Assembly (NCBI GenBank): GCA_951406725.2
Contig: OX597834.1
Span: 9,548,001-9,612,000 of the forward strand
Direction: 5' to 3'
From: Octopus vulgaris
Taxonomy: Eukaryota
DNA: 64,000 bases
Part shown: piece by piece, positions 1 through 13,815 of the stretch
How positions within the stretch are numbered: position 1 is the first letter of the stretch
Layout: each line of letters starts with the position of its first letter
Position numbers and translations under genes: made by a program
The notes under the pieces: generated by a model
What the model saw: only the letters and a program-made list of their open reading frames with translations
Database searches by the model: none
What the model was told of the DNA's origin: nothing

Positions 1-566
1 ATGGAAATTGAGAATATACGTTTCATAGAGTAACGTGACTAGTTCGTGATCCAGTCTAGTTGAAGTCCATAAACACAGTGAATAATTTGTGAATACAGGT
101 ATCATCTGTGAATAAACTAAATTTTAAAAACATTTGGGTTGACAAAATATTTGGATGCTGATAAAAAGACAATATGAGAAGCGGTGTATTTTGTAGTAAA
201 CACTCGCATACTGTCAGATGACAATTTAAATAAATTTGTGTAATCTGTTGAAGTATGCGTATCACTATATTTTGCTCTGTGTAACTGTGAACGTACGAAA
301 TGTGAATATTACTGAAAAGTTTTAGAACATACAGAAGAGGGCCACACCATTTAAATATATATATAATGTGTTTATGTATGTACAATCTTTCTAACACACA
401 CGCTAATATACATACATATTATATATTTGTACATATAAAATAAATATTTGAAAATGTGTGTGTGTATATATATATATATATACATACATATATATATATG
501 TGTGTGTGTATGTATATATATATAATGTGATTATGTATGTACAATCTCTCTCACACACACTAACAT

Positions 567-616
<50 letters not shown>

Positions 617-1120
617 AGAGAGAATGATTTGCACATACACGCTTGTGTTTGCATTAGATCAAACATACATAAATCATATCTTAGTGGTGAAACATCATTA
701 AAATTATGGAATCCATTTTCTTAATTTTGAAAACAGATTGGAAATCCGCCATTTGCCTCACTTGATGTACGTCCGTTGGTCACGAAGTAATATTTTATGC
801 TTATTCAATGTACTCTCATGTATATAAATTATTAAATAGAAGAGAACGCTCACATCGTAAATAAGAATGACCAGCAACGTCCATTTTATCCTTCGGATGA
901 ATTTCCTATAAAGCAATAAAATTTTATTATTATTTCTTCTCTGCTTGATATGAATTAATTCTAGACTAGGTTTCAACCACAACGTAACGATATTGAAATT
1001 GTTTGAAAATATGGAATTCATTGCTGTTTCTTTGTTTATTTCGGAACTTCATATTGGTTTTATAACAATCACAAAGTAAAGTTTATTTATAAAAATAGTA
1101 TTTTCTGTTCTTTTGTGTTA

Positions 1121-1326
1121 GGCGGCGAGCTGGCAGACACGTTAGCGCGCCGGGTGATATGCTTAGCGGTATTTCGTCTTTCGTTACGTTCTGAGTTCAA
1201 ATTCCGCCGAGGTCGACTTTCCTTTCATTCTTTTGGGGACGATAAATAAAGTATAATCGACTCAATCCCTTCGTCTGTCCTTGTTTGTCCCCTCTATGTT
1301 TAGCCCCTTCTGGGCAGTAAAGAAAT
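1121..1326 (+). mobile_element. SINE family B (tRNA-like head, Deu/Nin-like central domain), near full length
   Basis: GGCGGCGAGCTGGCAGA head (A-box-like), GAGTTCAAATTCC (B-box-like), central GTCGACTTT-CCTTTCAT...GATAAA, tail AGCCCCTT...AAAGAAAT; matches copies at 30878 and 42844. Confidence 0.85.
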
Positions 1327-1737
1327 ATATATATTATGAGACAGTTGTTATGTCCTTTCGGGAGCTGTGACTTTGTCTAGCTCTTTACGTTCTCAACTCG
1401 TTAATTTCAACATTTCAAATATCGTAATATGTACTGTACATCACACACAGATACATTTACTTTCAAAAATTCATATGAAAGGCACATATAGAAAACAGCT
1501 AGCAACGAGGAGACGTTTTCATTCTCATAACCGAAGATTTCTTTTTGGCTTTGCGTTGATCTCTTAAGCTTAACAACGTACTAATTTGAGTAGATTGAAA
1601 GTAGGTAAGGTAAAATATATTGACCATGAGCAGAACGCACCTCATGAACAGACATTCCAATTTATGGCGGTTAAAACCACGCTTAGAGTCGTCTACGTAG
1701 TAAGTCAAATGGTTTGTTAAATCACATATAAATACAA

Positions 1738-1772
<35 letters not shown>

Positions 1773-2153
1773 CTTACAAGAACATACACTCACGAGGGCG
1801 CATACTCATAAAAAAATACTATCTATATATTTGTCTATCCTTTTATTGTCTGTCTGTCCATCTCATTATTTCACTCTCTCTCTCCACACGCACACACACA
1901 CATACACACACACATACACACACACACATATATATTTGCAAAGAGTAAACAAGAGAGACAGAGAAAGGCAGAAACAAGGAAAATGTCACTTATATTTGAA
2001 CACTATACAAATATACTTTAAAAGAAACTCTTCTTTTAATTTTTCTAAATTTAATTGTTTAATCGTTACATTTGAAAAAATTTCAAATGATCGAAACCGG
2101 TACTGAAATGTTATTTATAAAATTATTTTAGCATTTTCTATCTTGACTTGTTT

Positions 2154-2196
<43 letters not shown>

Positions 2197-3629
2197 GGGA
2201 GAGAGAAAAAGAGATGGGTAGATAGCTAATAAATTGGGCACCGGACTAAATATCTCTTATATTAAATCCATTTATGTTCTTAAGTAGAATGGGAGTCCAT
2301 AGTCTGTTGCTAACTCACCCCAGAGATGAAGTATAGCTGCCATGCTTGTATATGTCTATCCACTTATACCATAAAATCCACATCACTCCGAAAACCGAGT
2401 CCGAAAATTTTATCGATATATTTTCTCCAATCATATACTTACGCATTAGATATACGCACACATAATGTAGACACACACGATAATACCCTCGCAGACAGAT
2501 ATATATAATACACTCTTATATATGTTCTATATTTAGTTGTCGTTGGGTTTTATGATACCAATCGAGAGACATCTAGGAAGCAATATTTATTATTTACTGG
2601 AGCGAGAATTGAGAATGCTAGAATTGACGTCCACTGCAGTCACCAACATAGCAACACATTTGTGAAGCTAGTCCAATTCTTGATTTGGTCAGAAAACTAC
2701 ATGAAAAATATGCATGAATCGTTACGTAGTTTTAATGGAGAATCTCTCAGCACTGTTGGAATTCACTTTTCATGAATAAATTGGAGACAACAATTTTTTT
2801 TTATATATATATATATATATTGTCTACCATTCCATTCGAATATAAATATCTGCAATTACTACGACACACGAATTCAACCATACTTGCACGTAAACTCACA
2901 CAAAACATATACACGCACACAAACAATTATAGTTATGTATTTTGTTTTTGCTACCAAATGCCTGTGTGTAATGTTTGAAACGTCTCAGAATGAATATGTT
3001 TTGAAGCTTCTGTCAAAAGGAACACATTCCTAAGTGAACCTACTGAAAATATTCTGTTATATTGTCAAAATCAATATGAAAAACATCGAACATAGAACAC
3101 TGTGTCGTGTATTTTTATTTCAACCGTAATGTCCAATCTGTAGCCTTTTCTTCTAATATTATTTTTTTTTATATATTCCATTTAATCTAAGTGGAATATA
3201 TTACTAAGTAAAGGATGGTAAATTACAAAAATGAAAGAAGATTACTTCTTAGTAATGGAGAAAATCTTCTTCGAGAAAAACACATTTTCTATATTGCTTT
3301 ACTCAAATATATTTAAGTATGTTTTCCATCAACGTGTATGACAACAATAACAGAAGCCGATGAGAAGGTATTTATGTTGTTCATACACCTGGTACAAATA
3401 GAACCCAATTTTTCCCTCAAAATATAACCCAAACAGCTTTGAAAACAGAATAATACAAAATATGATATATTAATATGTCGGTATGTCTGCGCCGTTAAGA
3501 AATTCGCTTAGCTACCACGCGATCTCGATTTCTGTACTTCAGTATGACATCTTGGGCGCTTTCTTCTGTAGCCCAGAGCCATGAAATAAACTGCGAGCGA
3601 ATTAGATAGGCGAAAATTGTGTAGAAACC

Positions 3630-3940
3630 TATATTGTGAAGAAGCTTTCTTCCCAACCAAATGGGTTCAGGTTCTGTCCCACTACATGGTGCCATGAATA
3701 AGTGTCTTCTACCATATCCCCGGGCCGATCAATGTCTTGTGAGTAGATTTGGTAGAAGGTATCTGAAGGAAAATCATCACATATATACGGTATGTGTCTG
3801 TCTTTGTGTTTGACTCCCACTACAACTTGACAATAGTTGTTTGTTTGTTCGTTTACGTCCCCGTGATTTAGCGGTTCGGCAAAACAGAGCAATAAGTGCT
3901 AGGCTTCAAAACAATGTATTGGTGTCAATTTGTTTGATTG
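3630..3940 (+). mobile_element. SINE family A, diverged copy
   Basis: Colinear with the 19690-20104 copy (AAGTGTCTTCTAC, TTGTGAGTAGATTTGGTAG, TTTACGTCCCCGT, TTAGCGGTTCGGCAAAA). Confidence 0.75.
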
Positions 3941-4727
3941 GAATACAATTACTAATAGATTCCTTGATGAGAGTTGTGTTGGGCAGCTAATTAAGCACCT
4001 AAAGCAAGATGCGATATTGAACACTTAAGCTTAAAATTGATATAAACTAAAATTTGAAATAGCTTGATTTCATTTGGGATTAAATACTAGCTATCAATTT
4101 GTTTGGTATTCGTTTGTATTTCCCCCCCCCCTTAGCATTTGTAATTGTATAAAATAAAATATTTCCGAAAGGAATTAAACAAAACGGGTCATGAATATTG
4201 ATTGGCATGCTTTCATCTCTTCACTGGGATGTATTAGCTGTATTATAAAAATAATCATGGGGTTTTATTCTATTTAGAAATTGCAATAAGCTAATATTCC
4301 TTCTATCGTAGTCAAATAAATACTCCTTGGTTCAGCGAGTTTCCACAGGATCTCCACTGCGACGGTACTCAGCTTATATGCTTATTTATTCATACATACA
4401 TATACACATGTATGCATACATAAACTCATATATACATACATACATTCATATAATCATATATAAACATAAACGCTTTGGTTCATTCAAAACATAGTAATAA
4501 ATACGCCATTTTAACTAAAATAAATACCATCGTCCCATGATAACTTGCGCTATGAAGCGTATTTGATTAAATTTGAAATGAAAATGGCGGAGAGATCGTA
4601 GTATAATACTAATACTATAACTAGGGAGTTAATACGAATTCAAAATACATCTGGTTTTGTTTTTGTTTGTATCTACATTTGTAATTGTCTCCGTTGTCGA
4701 CGTTGTTGTTGCCATCGATAAGAGGTC

Positions 4728-5119
4728 ATTAGAAATATTGAATTTCTAAATGTCTCAGAGAGACATGAGCGTTGGTGGGGCGATATAGGGGTTGTATACT
4801 GTCAACATAACGTGACAGTCCCATAAATAGAATCACACTGCCGCTATTTAGCCCTAGGAAGCATCGACACTTCCTGTCGGCTTTGACACATTCCTGTGTC
4901 CTTATATTTGCAAAGGGGAAGCAAGCACCCCGTCAGCAAGGATTAGCACCTGGAGACATGTTTCTGGGTCTTCTCCGTCATCAGTCCAGGGAAGTAAGTC
5001 CTGCTAGCTGAGATGGCTGCGACCAATTTGTAAAAATATATAATATTTTCAGTGAAATTTATTCACTGGCTACCAAAATTAGAAATATTGAATTTCAAAA
5101 TGTCTCAGAGACATGAGCG
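4728..5119 (-). mobile_element. 306 bp hammerhead-bearing insert (4772-5077) between 44/42 bp direct repeats; retrozyme/PLE-like
   Basis: ATTAGAAATATTGAATTTC(T/A)AAATGTCTCAGAG(AG)ACATGAGCG at 4728-4771 and 5078-5119; internal HHR at 4949-4990; no ORF. Confidence 0.75.
4949..4990 (-). ncRNA. Minimal type I hammerhead ribozyme motif
   Basis: Minus strand CCUGGA-CUGAUGA-C-GG(AGAAGAC)CC-A-GAAA-CAUG-UC-UCCAGG: perfect 6 bp helix I, intact CUGAUGA and GAAA, palindromic ACAUGU helix III, GUC triplet. Confidence 0.8.
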
Positions 5120-5960
5120 ATGGAATCAGTCCATAGAAACTCATGTCTAAGCCGTGTCTGTAGTCTTTCGTTTTCAGATGGAATGAAACTAGAACTGCAA
5201 TATGTAATGTACCATGTCATTATCTCACCACCGTGTTGTCTATTGAAGGAGATGTAGCTGCTATTTCTTGCACGTCTGCCGACCACGTAGTCCTTCCGTG
5301 TTCCCGCGTTTGTATTGACTTCAATCGCTTACTTAACTTTATACTGAAAGATAAATATACTGGTGCCCACAGTATCAGACACGCATCAGTTAGTCGCTCG
5401 TACAAGTAGGTTTCCTGTCCCAACGAATACCAATTCACTTGTAATACAAATACGTTTGAGAAATCATGCAAATCATAGAGCTTAATTCGTTTCCCTCCGA
5501 AATTGGTTAGCTTGCTTTTGCATATTCCGTGAAGCAAAATACACGAATATTATGAATGAAAATAAATATACATACAAAAACTGCAATCGTTTTAAATTAT
5601 GGACTCTGTAAATATCAGTTTTCTATGTAAACGAGACTCTCGGGGCAAACGTCTGTCATGGGAGAAAGAGGCAGCAGTGTAGTATGAGTACTTATAGTTT
5701 AGTGTGGACGACTTGTTGCAAATGCTGCTTGTAATTAGAGTGACACTAGACTCAAGTCTCGTATTGCACCAGATTCAAGTGACTTCATTGCCTGTGAGCT
5801 ATACGATGAGTGACAATGTGAAATAACAGTTTCGTGTTCCAGACGCACACACACACACAGTCTCGCATACACCCATAAAAACATACACACAAACAAAACA
5901 AAAACTAGTAGCCAAGCTTGTAAAAATGGTATCTATTTTATTCGACATAAAGCTGTAAAC

Positions 5961-6005
<45 letters not shown>

Positions 6006-6006
<1 letters not shown>

Positions 6007-6400
6007 GCGCAGGAGTGGCTGTGTGGTAAGTAGCTTGCTTATCAACCACATGGTAAGCAAGCTTCAGTCCCACTGCGTGACACCTACTATAGCCTCGGGC
6101 TGACCAAAGCCTTGTGAGTGGATTTGGCAGGCGGAAACTGAAAGAAGCCCGTCGTATATATGTTTATATATGTATATATGTGTGTGTCTGTGTTTGTGTG
6201 TCTCTGTTTGTCCGCCCAACATCGCTTGACAACCGATGCTGGTATGTTTACGTCCCCGTAACTTAGCAGTTTTGCAAAAGACACCGATAGAATAAGTACT
6301 AGGCTTACAAAGAATAAGTCCTGGGGTCAATTTGCTCGACTAAAGGCGGTGCTCCAGCATGGCAACAGTCAAATAACTGAAACAAGTAAAAGAGTAAAGA
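6006..6400 (+). mobile_element. SINE family A (tRNA-like head, internal TA/TG microsatellite, LINE-like tail)
   Basis: GGCGCAGGAGTGGCTGTGTGGTAAG head to GGCGGTGCTCCAGCATGG...GAAACAAGTAAAAGAG tail; small internal deletion and inversion. Confidence 0.9.
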
Positions 6401-6401
6401 G

Positions 6402-6432
<31 letters not shown>

Positions 6433-6480
6433 GTGTGTGACGAACTCCATAACATAAACTTTGGTTAGCCTCTGCCATAT

Positions 6481-6522
<42 letters not shown>

Positions 6523-7030
6523 ACAAAAAGAAAGAGAGAGGGAGAAGCGAGTGGGAGTATTTCATTTAGTCTCTTTACTATATAATATTAAATATCAAAT
6601 AATGAAATATTAATGTTTTCGCGTTCACCTCCAACATTTCAAAGTCAGAATAAATATTAGGCATTTACAGGAGATTTTTTCGTGTATAATTCTACTACAA
6701 ATGTATGGCTTTGAGCCAATGTAGTAAATTGACAATCAATGTATACATTCTTTGTTATATAAGCTGCTTACATATATATATATAACAGCATTGACTTCCA
6801 GTATGAATGCGTAGGATTTTGTCTCCTGTTCAGATCCACTGAAGCTGAACATGTTAACGACGTCTTAACAATGTTCTAGCGTTCAACCAAATCCGCATCG
6901 ACTACACAGTTTGCTTTTTCTTTACAAATATATTGTAAGCTTTACCTATAAATTGCTTATAAATATACACGTACATAAAGCATACAAACATTATACATGA
7001 ACTTATGCGCACACTTACGCACACAAACTA

Positions 7031-7079
<49 letters not shown>

Positions 7080-7193
7080 CATACGTACACACATTCATGT
7101 ATGTGTGGGAGGGTATCGTTGCGTGTGTGCGTGAAACTAATTGTCAAACAATCACAAAAAATTATTGAGGTAATCCAATATATATATAATACT

Positions 7194-7460
7194 GTGGAGG
7201 CACATGGCAAAGTGGTTAGAGCAGCGGACTCGCGGTCGAGGGATCGCGGGTTCGAATCTCAGACCGGGCGATGTGCGTGTTTATGAGCGAAACATCTAAG
7301 CTCCACGCGGCTCCGGCATAGAGTAATGGCGGCATTTCTGCTGACTCTTTCATCACAACTTTCTTTCACTCTTTCCTCCTGCATCTTACAATTCACCTGC
7401 ATCTTACAATTCACCTGCGAAACCTATATTCCAGGCGTGGCTCGAGAAGGAACAAATAAA
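7194..7460 (+). mobile_element. SINE family C, 5' part
   Basis: tRNA-like head GTGGAGGCACATGGCAAAGTGGTTAGAGCAGCGGACTCGCGGTC...GGTTCGAATCTC; homologous to 24559 and 56407 copies; 18 bp internal tandem duplication CCTGCATCTTACAATTCA. Confidence 0.8.
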
Positions 7461-8385
7461 TTTCAAAAAACAATACACAATGCTATACAAAGCAAATTAA
7501 AATTGTTGCACTTAATCTAAAAAGATTAATTATATTTTACTGAAAACCCGGATAGAAACGAATAAATATGTCATTGTAATACGACAAAATGAATTCCAAA
7601 AGCCAAGTATTATATTCATTTTGTGGGTTTGGGTTGGGTTAGACAACCATTATTAGAAGAAGCATCTACGCTCTGCATCTATAGGTCTTGTGGCGTACTT
7701 TTTCTGGTACTTGCCCATTATAGAAGATTATTGGATGTCACTACGGAGGGGTAACATGAAAGCAGGCCACATTTTATTACATTTACCTCACCAATCGACT
7801 GTCCATTAATTTAATCTGCGAAATCTAAATTAGGAATACACATACATACAGACTTACATAGAAAAATACAGTCACACTCACTTATGCAAACTACTTTAAC
7901 TAAAACCCTTCAGAATATTTTGTCTGTCTGGCACTCAAACGAATTTAACAATCCAACGACCTAAACCAACTTTCAGTAACGCAGTGTTAATAAAAATATA
8001 TAGCAATAAAGAATGCTGCGTAAAACTTGAATCACAATTGCATTCAATGTGCATTCAGTGAAAAGAGTATAAAATGAAGAAGAAAGTTGATAGAAGTTGA
8101 GGCTGAATCAATCACCAAAAGCATTAACCAAATAAAACCTCAACCACTGCGTCGTTCGTGCGTTCCCTCGGACAATCTAATGCAATACAAATTACTTGAC
8201 CAATAGCGTTCTCCTAGAAACTAGAATTTGTTCGTGTTTAGCATGTTTCTCTCTTTCTGTATATATCGAATTCCAGACGCTTCGTTCCGAATCTCTCATT
8301 GTTCACGTTATCTACTACCCTTCACTGGACATTCTCTTGATACACACACACACATATAAATACATACACGTATATGTAACCACAC

Positions 8386-8431
<46 letters not shown>

Positions 8432-8643
8432 CCATATATATATATTTAGCCACACACACATATATATATATAACATATATAGCCTTACAGATATATATAA
8501 ACATACATAAATAACACAAATATATATATATATATATATAGCCTTACACAATTATATATAAACATACATATATAACACACACATATATATATATATATAT
8601 GTATATATACATTTAACCACACACAAATTTATATATGTAAACG

Positions 8644-8688
<45 letters not shown>

Positions 8689-8762
8689 TTTTCTCTACTT
8701 CCAGAATTCGAGTATTATTCTATGTGCTTCGAGTATTCCAGTATTATTTATCTGCTTACACT

Positions 8763-8805
<43 letters not shown>

Positions 8806-9386
8806 CATATGCACACACAATACATACAAGTATATGCACGTACACATTTGTATGTGTGTATTAGCAAAAATTTGTTAGATGTCTCAAGATATGACAGTTT
8901 GGTAGATGCCACTCATTAACAAACACTCTTGGCTTCTAAGTTAAAGGAAAGTTTGACATTTGCATCGAAGACTCGGCCAGTTGACGACCATTGCCAACAT
9001 AAAATGAATTGTAATCGGAAATGTTTGTACTTACCTCTCTATATTAATATAGACAGGCATATAGATAGATAGATAGAGAGAGAGAGAGGGATAAAGAGAT
9101 ATTCAGATGCATACATGGGCAAATAATCAACACGTGTCCTATTTATGGATAATGATTCTATAGCTATATCACTATCATTATGTATCTATATATCTATCTA
9201 TCTATCTATATATGTATATATATGTGTGTGTGTGTGTATGTATGTATACGTGTGTATGTATAAATATGTTTGTACATATATATATATATATATATATACA
9301 TGCATAGTATATTTACCAACAGTATATTGAATAAATGATATGCCATAGTGGGTTACACCCATAACCCCTATCTTACTTTGTACTAT

Positions 9387-9429
<43 letters not shown>

Positions 9430-10311
9430 CATGCATACACACATAATATATAGATGTCGCTTGCTTGATAAATAGATAGATAAACAGAGGAAAGGGTGAA
9501 TTTTAAGCAAAGAATATCTAGTCTTTGGCTCAATAAATTGATCGTATCACATCAGGGCAGAATTCTTAATAGATCGTTCTATTTCGTAAACACATTTCGC
9601 ACTATGGATATTTATTTCAAGGAATGGCCTTTTAGATACAACCTTTTATTATTTATCTCTTCACTCTTCGCTTGTTTGTTTATAGTTTTGTTTTAGTTTT
9701 ATTTGTTGTTCTTGTTCTTGTTCTTTTTCCCGACTTGCTGACTGGTTAATATTAGACCGAAGCAGATATATCAACCGTTGCAATTGCATTCCTGGCTATG
9801 TTACTTTGCAATATCGAATCGGCAGACAAAGAGAAAATAGGAGAGAGAGAGAAAGCGAAAAAGAACAACAACACCACAATCTAAAAGGAAAAAAAAAGAG
9901 TAACAACAAAAACAATAGACACTACTAACAAAAGTGATGTAGAAGAACCAATAACTGCAGTTGTATATGCAGCGAAATTGGACATTCTACTACATACACT
10001 GGGAACGGTAATGCTTGGCAGTTTTTATAGCCTATCGATTATGGAGTGAACGTTACAAGGAAAGAACCTGCTAGCAATACTTTCCATCGACTGATGCTCG
10101 TGAATAACTCTTCTAACGCTATAACTATACAGATCACAATCTTGAGAGACCATAAAAACCGCCGTGTGAACGTATGAATAGCATAAACTGAGCTGAACAT
10201 TTTATGTATCTATTTATTTATGTATTTATTTTCGAAAGCTACAATGGCAACTAAAACGTGGATGAGCATCTAGAGAAATTTTAATTCTTTTTGTCTTAAT
10301 CAACCATGATT

Positions 10312-10440
10312 TTATCATTATTATTATTATTATTACTCTTATTATTACTATTATTATTATTACTATTATCATTATTACTATTATTATTACTTTTATTACT
10401 ATTATTATTATTGTTGTTATTACTATTATTATTGTTATTT
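10312..10440. repeat. (ATT)n/(ACT)n microsatellite
   Basis: Direct reading. Confidence 0.9.
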
Positions 10441-10672
10441 GTGTGTATGTGTAGAGATAGTAGTTAACATGTTTGGCAAACCGACAGGAAGGCACCAGGA
10501 ATACTGCTTCTTCGAAATTTCCTCGCCGATCAGGTCAGATATGTTAATGTGCTATGCTACCTCTGCTACAGAATATATTATGTACAGCTGATTTGAAAGG
10601 AACATTTCGGCGAAGTAGTGATGGAATTATTTTCGGTTCTTGAAATGCTGCCGTGGTCGAGTTTCGCCGTCC

Positions 10673-12364
10673 AACATCGCAGGATCAGTTTATTTACTGT
10701 CCGATTGGATGTACTCTGTGTTCCAATCCATAGTGTATCAGATACTAAGGAAGTGATTTTAATCTTACCATGAAAAGAAGTACTTTTCTAAAACAATGAT
10801 GGCACTACAGAAGCAAAACCGTATTTTATGCACACATATATACACACACACATGCACATTTAAAGTGTAGCATCATACACATGTGAAGTTACCCTTATGC
10901 ACATTTACTCGCATTCGTAGATACGTTCATATTTTGTGTATGGGGTGTGTACTCACACGAAACTCCAGTTTTCTCTGAATCTATTTTTCGATGAAACACT
11001 TATAACATATTATATCATATCAGAAAACCTCAAGTTATTATAATTACAATACTATTGTTGCATTATTCCCTTAACTATGTTGAGATTTCCAGATGCACGA
11101 CACCAATTGTCTCTACCTCGTAAAATATACTTAAAGCACCCGTCCATTTCAGCGGCGAAAAAATTATTGAAATATGGCGAATACATTTTTCTAATAAATA
11201 CCTATTTTAAGTTGATGAAATTACCATCTAAAGATTTACAGTATGAAGCACTGAAGTGATTTCTACCGGTGACTTCTCCCGCTTAAACACTCCGTCTACT
11301 TCAAAAACTGAAATTTCAGAACTGAAATTTTAGGAAATAAACTAATATTATCGTCCGAGATATTTATCGATTCATGCCATCAAATTTCCAAGCAATCGTT
11401 GTCATCCGAAATGATTTATAACGACACAAAACCACATCAAAAAGCGGAATACCTGGGAGAGTGAGCGCAATGATCAACACTACAGCATAATATTCTGCGA
11501 CGAAATACCCCCAGAATGTCTTTCTTATACTATACAAAACGAGCTATCTTTGGCTATATTTATTATGAATAGGGTATATGCTTTTTCAATCACAGCAATG
11601 GCGCCAAGCTTCTTTCAAATTAAATCCATGCTACTTTGATATTTGTTATTATATGTGCGACAAAAAGCACCCATGCTAATGACATCACAAAACTTATATT
11701 TTCCGTTATATCATCTGTCTGCGTAAATATATATGACTATCAGTTCTGCCAAATATTTTGACGTCTGCGTTATGTATGAGGGTGGAAGAATATTAGAAAT
11801 AAGGCAATAATTAAGATTTGCTGCAATTTTGTACTCCAGTCTGTAGTTCATGGGGAAGTTTAATAAAATCAACAGATGTTCGAGACGTTTTGATGTTACC
11901 ATCAGTTTACAAGTTTTTTGTATGCTTCTGTGATTGTGTGTGAGTGAATATGTGTGTGTGTGTGTGTGTATGTATGTTTATGGCTGAGAATAAGAGAGAG
12001 AAGGTGAGCGATAGATGGAGTGGCTGGTTATATGGTTATAGCTTGGTTTACAGACGTCTCAGTAAAGTGCTGATGACGAATGAAGCATATTTCTTCTCGC
12101 TTGCTATGTACACACACAGATATATGTGACTATGTGTATAAGAGTGACTTCACATGCGTGTGAAACTACACAGTGAATGTGCATGTGTGTGTGTATGTGT
12201 GTGCATAAAATACCACTGGTCCGTCTAATGCCATCATTGTTTTAGAAAGGTGACTCCTTTCATGGTAAGATTAAAACCACTTGCATGGCATCTGATAGAT
12301 TATAATAGGATTAGAACGCAGAGTACATCCAATCGGGCATTAAGTTTATCAACCCTGCGACGTT
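10673..12364. repeat. Old long inverted repeat pair (arms about 10673-10904 and 12132-12364, ~1.2 kb spacer)
   Basis: Shared blocks in opposite orientation: CCGATTGGATGTACTCTG, TTTTAATCTTACCATGAAA, TTTCTAAAACAATGATGGCA, GTATTTTATGCACACA, CATGTGAAGT. Confidence 0.8.
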
Positions 12365-12369
12365 TGCCT

Positions 12370-12433
12370 TAATAACTGACGAGATGCCGGAGCAGATTTC
12401 CGCCACCGACATCCGAAACTCGGAGCTTTATTA
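12370..12433 (+). ncRNA. Type I hammerhead ribozyme motif with U16.1-to-C change (probably inactive)
   Basis: UAAUAA-CUGACGA-GAUGCCGG...CCGACAUC-C-GAAA-CUC(G)GAG-CU-UUAUUA: 6 bp helix I, long helix II, helix III with 1 nt loop; downstream sequence homologous to 54500-54548. Confidence 0.7.
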
Positions 12434-12934
12434 TGCCAACCGAATAACTGTCACATATTATACTACACACACACACACACACACACATAGATATATGCAG
12501 CCGAAGTGAGTATGTTATATTCACCCGTTCAATCTTAACGATGCTAATAAACAGTTTCCTAATAAATTAAGATTTGTCGACTATTTAATGTCAAATAACT
12601 TGTCGCAAGTCACTTGTAAAATCATTGACAAATATTGATTAGTTCCTACCTAATTTCATGACACATCTGGTGTTTCTTTTTACAACACATACCCTTATAA
12701 CCCAGTGTCTTAGGGAAACATTGACGCACATATATAACCTTGTATATACGCAAGTGTGTCAAGATATGTGTAAACTTTACGCCCCGATGATCAATGATTT
12801 TTATTCTCGTTGTCATATTTACATAATATTGAATGAACGATAGTAGTTGATTACTACATGTTGTTAGAATGTAAAAATAAAATAACAATAAGAAATACTT
12901 GAAATTAAGAATGCAGACTCTGAAAGATGCGTTC

Positions 12935-13110
12935 GGGGAGAACGGTTAAAACGCCGGGCGAAATACTTTCGTCCGTCTTTACGGTCTGTATTCAAATTCC
13001 GCCGAGGTCGACACTCTTTTCATCATTTGAGGGACGATAAAATAAATACCAGTTGTACAATAGTGTTGATTTAATAGTTTTAGCTCTTCAGCCCAATGTT
13101 TCAGAACCCC
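12935..13110 (+). mobile_element. SINE family B, degraded
   Basis: CGCCGGGCGAAAT...TTCAAATTCCGCCGAGGTCGAC...CGATAAAATAAATACCAGTT. Confidence 0.7.
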
Positions 13111-13395
13111 AAATTAAAAGTGTGCAAAAATCTATACAGTCGCTCTACCTGTTAAATTAGCAGCCCAAAACCCATCACATTTCCCCGTCTTATGATATAC
13201 AAAGGTATGTCCATTAATGTGGTTGTAATTGCATAATGATAGTAAGACTAGTACTATAGTTCACCTCGAGTATGGGCATAGCTGTTGTCTTGCGATCGCA
13301 AGTTTACAGATTGGTCTATGAGGCAGCTGAATTTATAAGAAAATATTTCTCTTCGACCATCCAAATCTAAACACGCATACACATATTCTCTCTCT

Positions 13396-13815
13396 CTTTT
13401 ACTCTTTTACTTGTTTCAGTCATTTGACTGCGGCCATGCTGGAGCACCACCTTTAGTCGAGCAAATCGACCCTGGCACTTATTCTTTTGTAAGCCCAGTA
13501 CTTATTCTATCGGTCTCTTTTTGCCGAACCGTTAAGTGACGGGAACGTAAACACACCAGCATCGGTTATCAAGCGATGGTGGGGGGGGGACAAACACAGA
13601 CACACAAACATATACACACACACACATACATATATGTATATATATATATATACACATATATACGACAGGCTTCTTTCAGTTTCCGTCTACCAAATCCACT
13701 CACAAGGCAGAGGTCGGCCCGAGGCTATTGCAGAAGACACTTGCCCAAGATGCCACGCAGTGGGACTGAACCCAGAACCATATGGTTGGTAAGCAAGCTA
13801 CTTACCACACAGCCA
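13396..13815 (-). mobile_element. SINE family A
   Basis: Reverse complement of family A, tail TTTTACTTGTTTCAGTCATTTGACTGCGGCC to head CTTACCACACAGCCA. Confidence 0.92.

Noticed and set aside
5245-5290. Recurring TAGCTGCTATTTCT motif (also near 30017, 32108, 39955, 53318, 56566, 62590)
   Set aside because: Likely fragments of another old dispersed repeat; boundaries too uncertain to annotate.
7194-7270. tRNA-like sequence (also at 15016, 24490-24559, 56335-56407)
   Set aside because: Continues directly into SINE bodies and lacks a proper acceptor stem; SINE heads, not tRNA genes.
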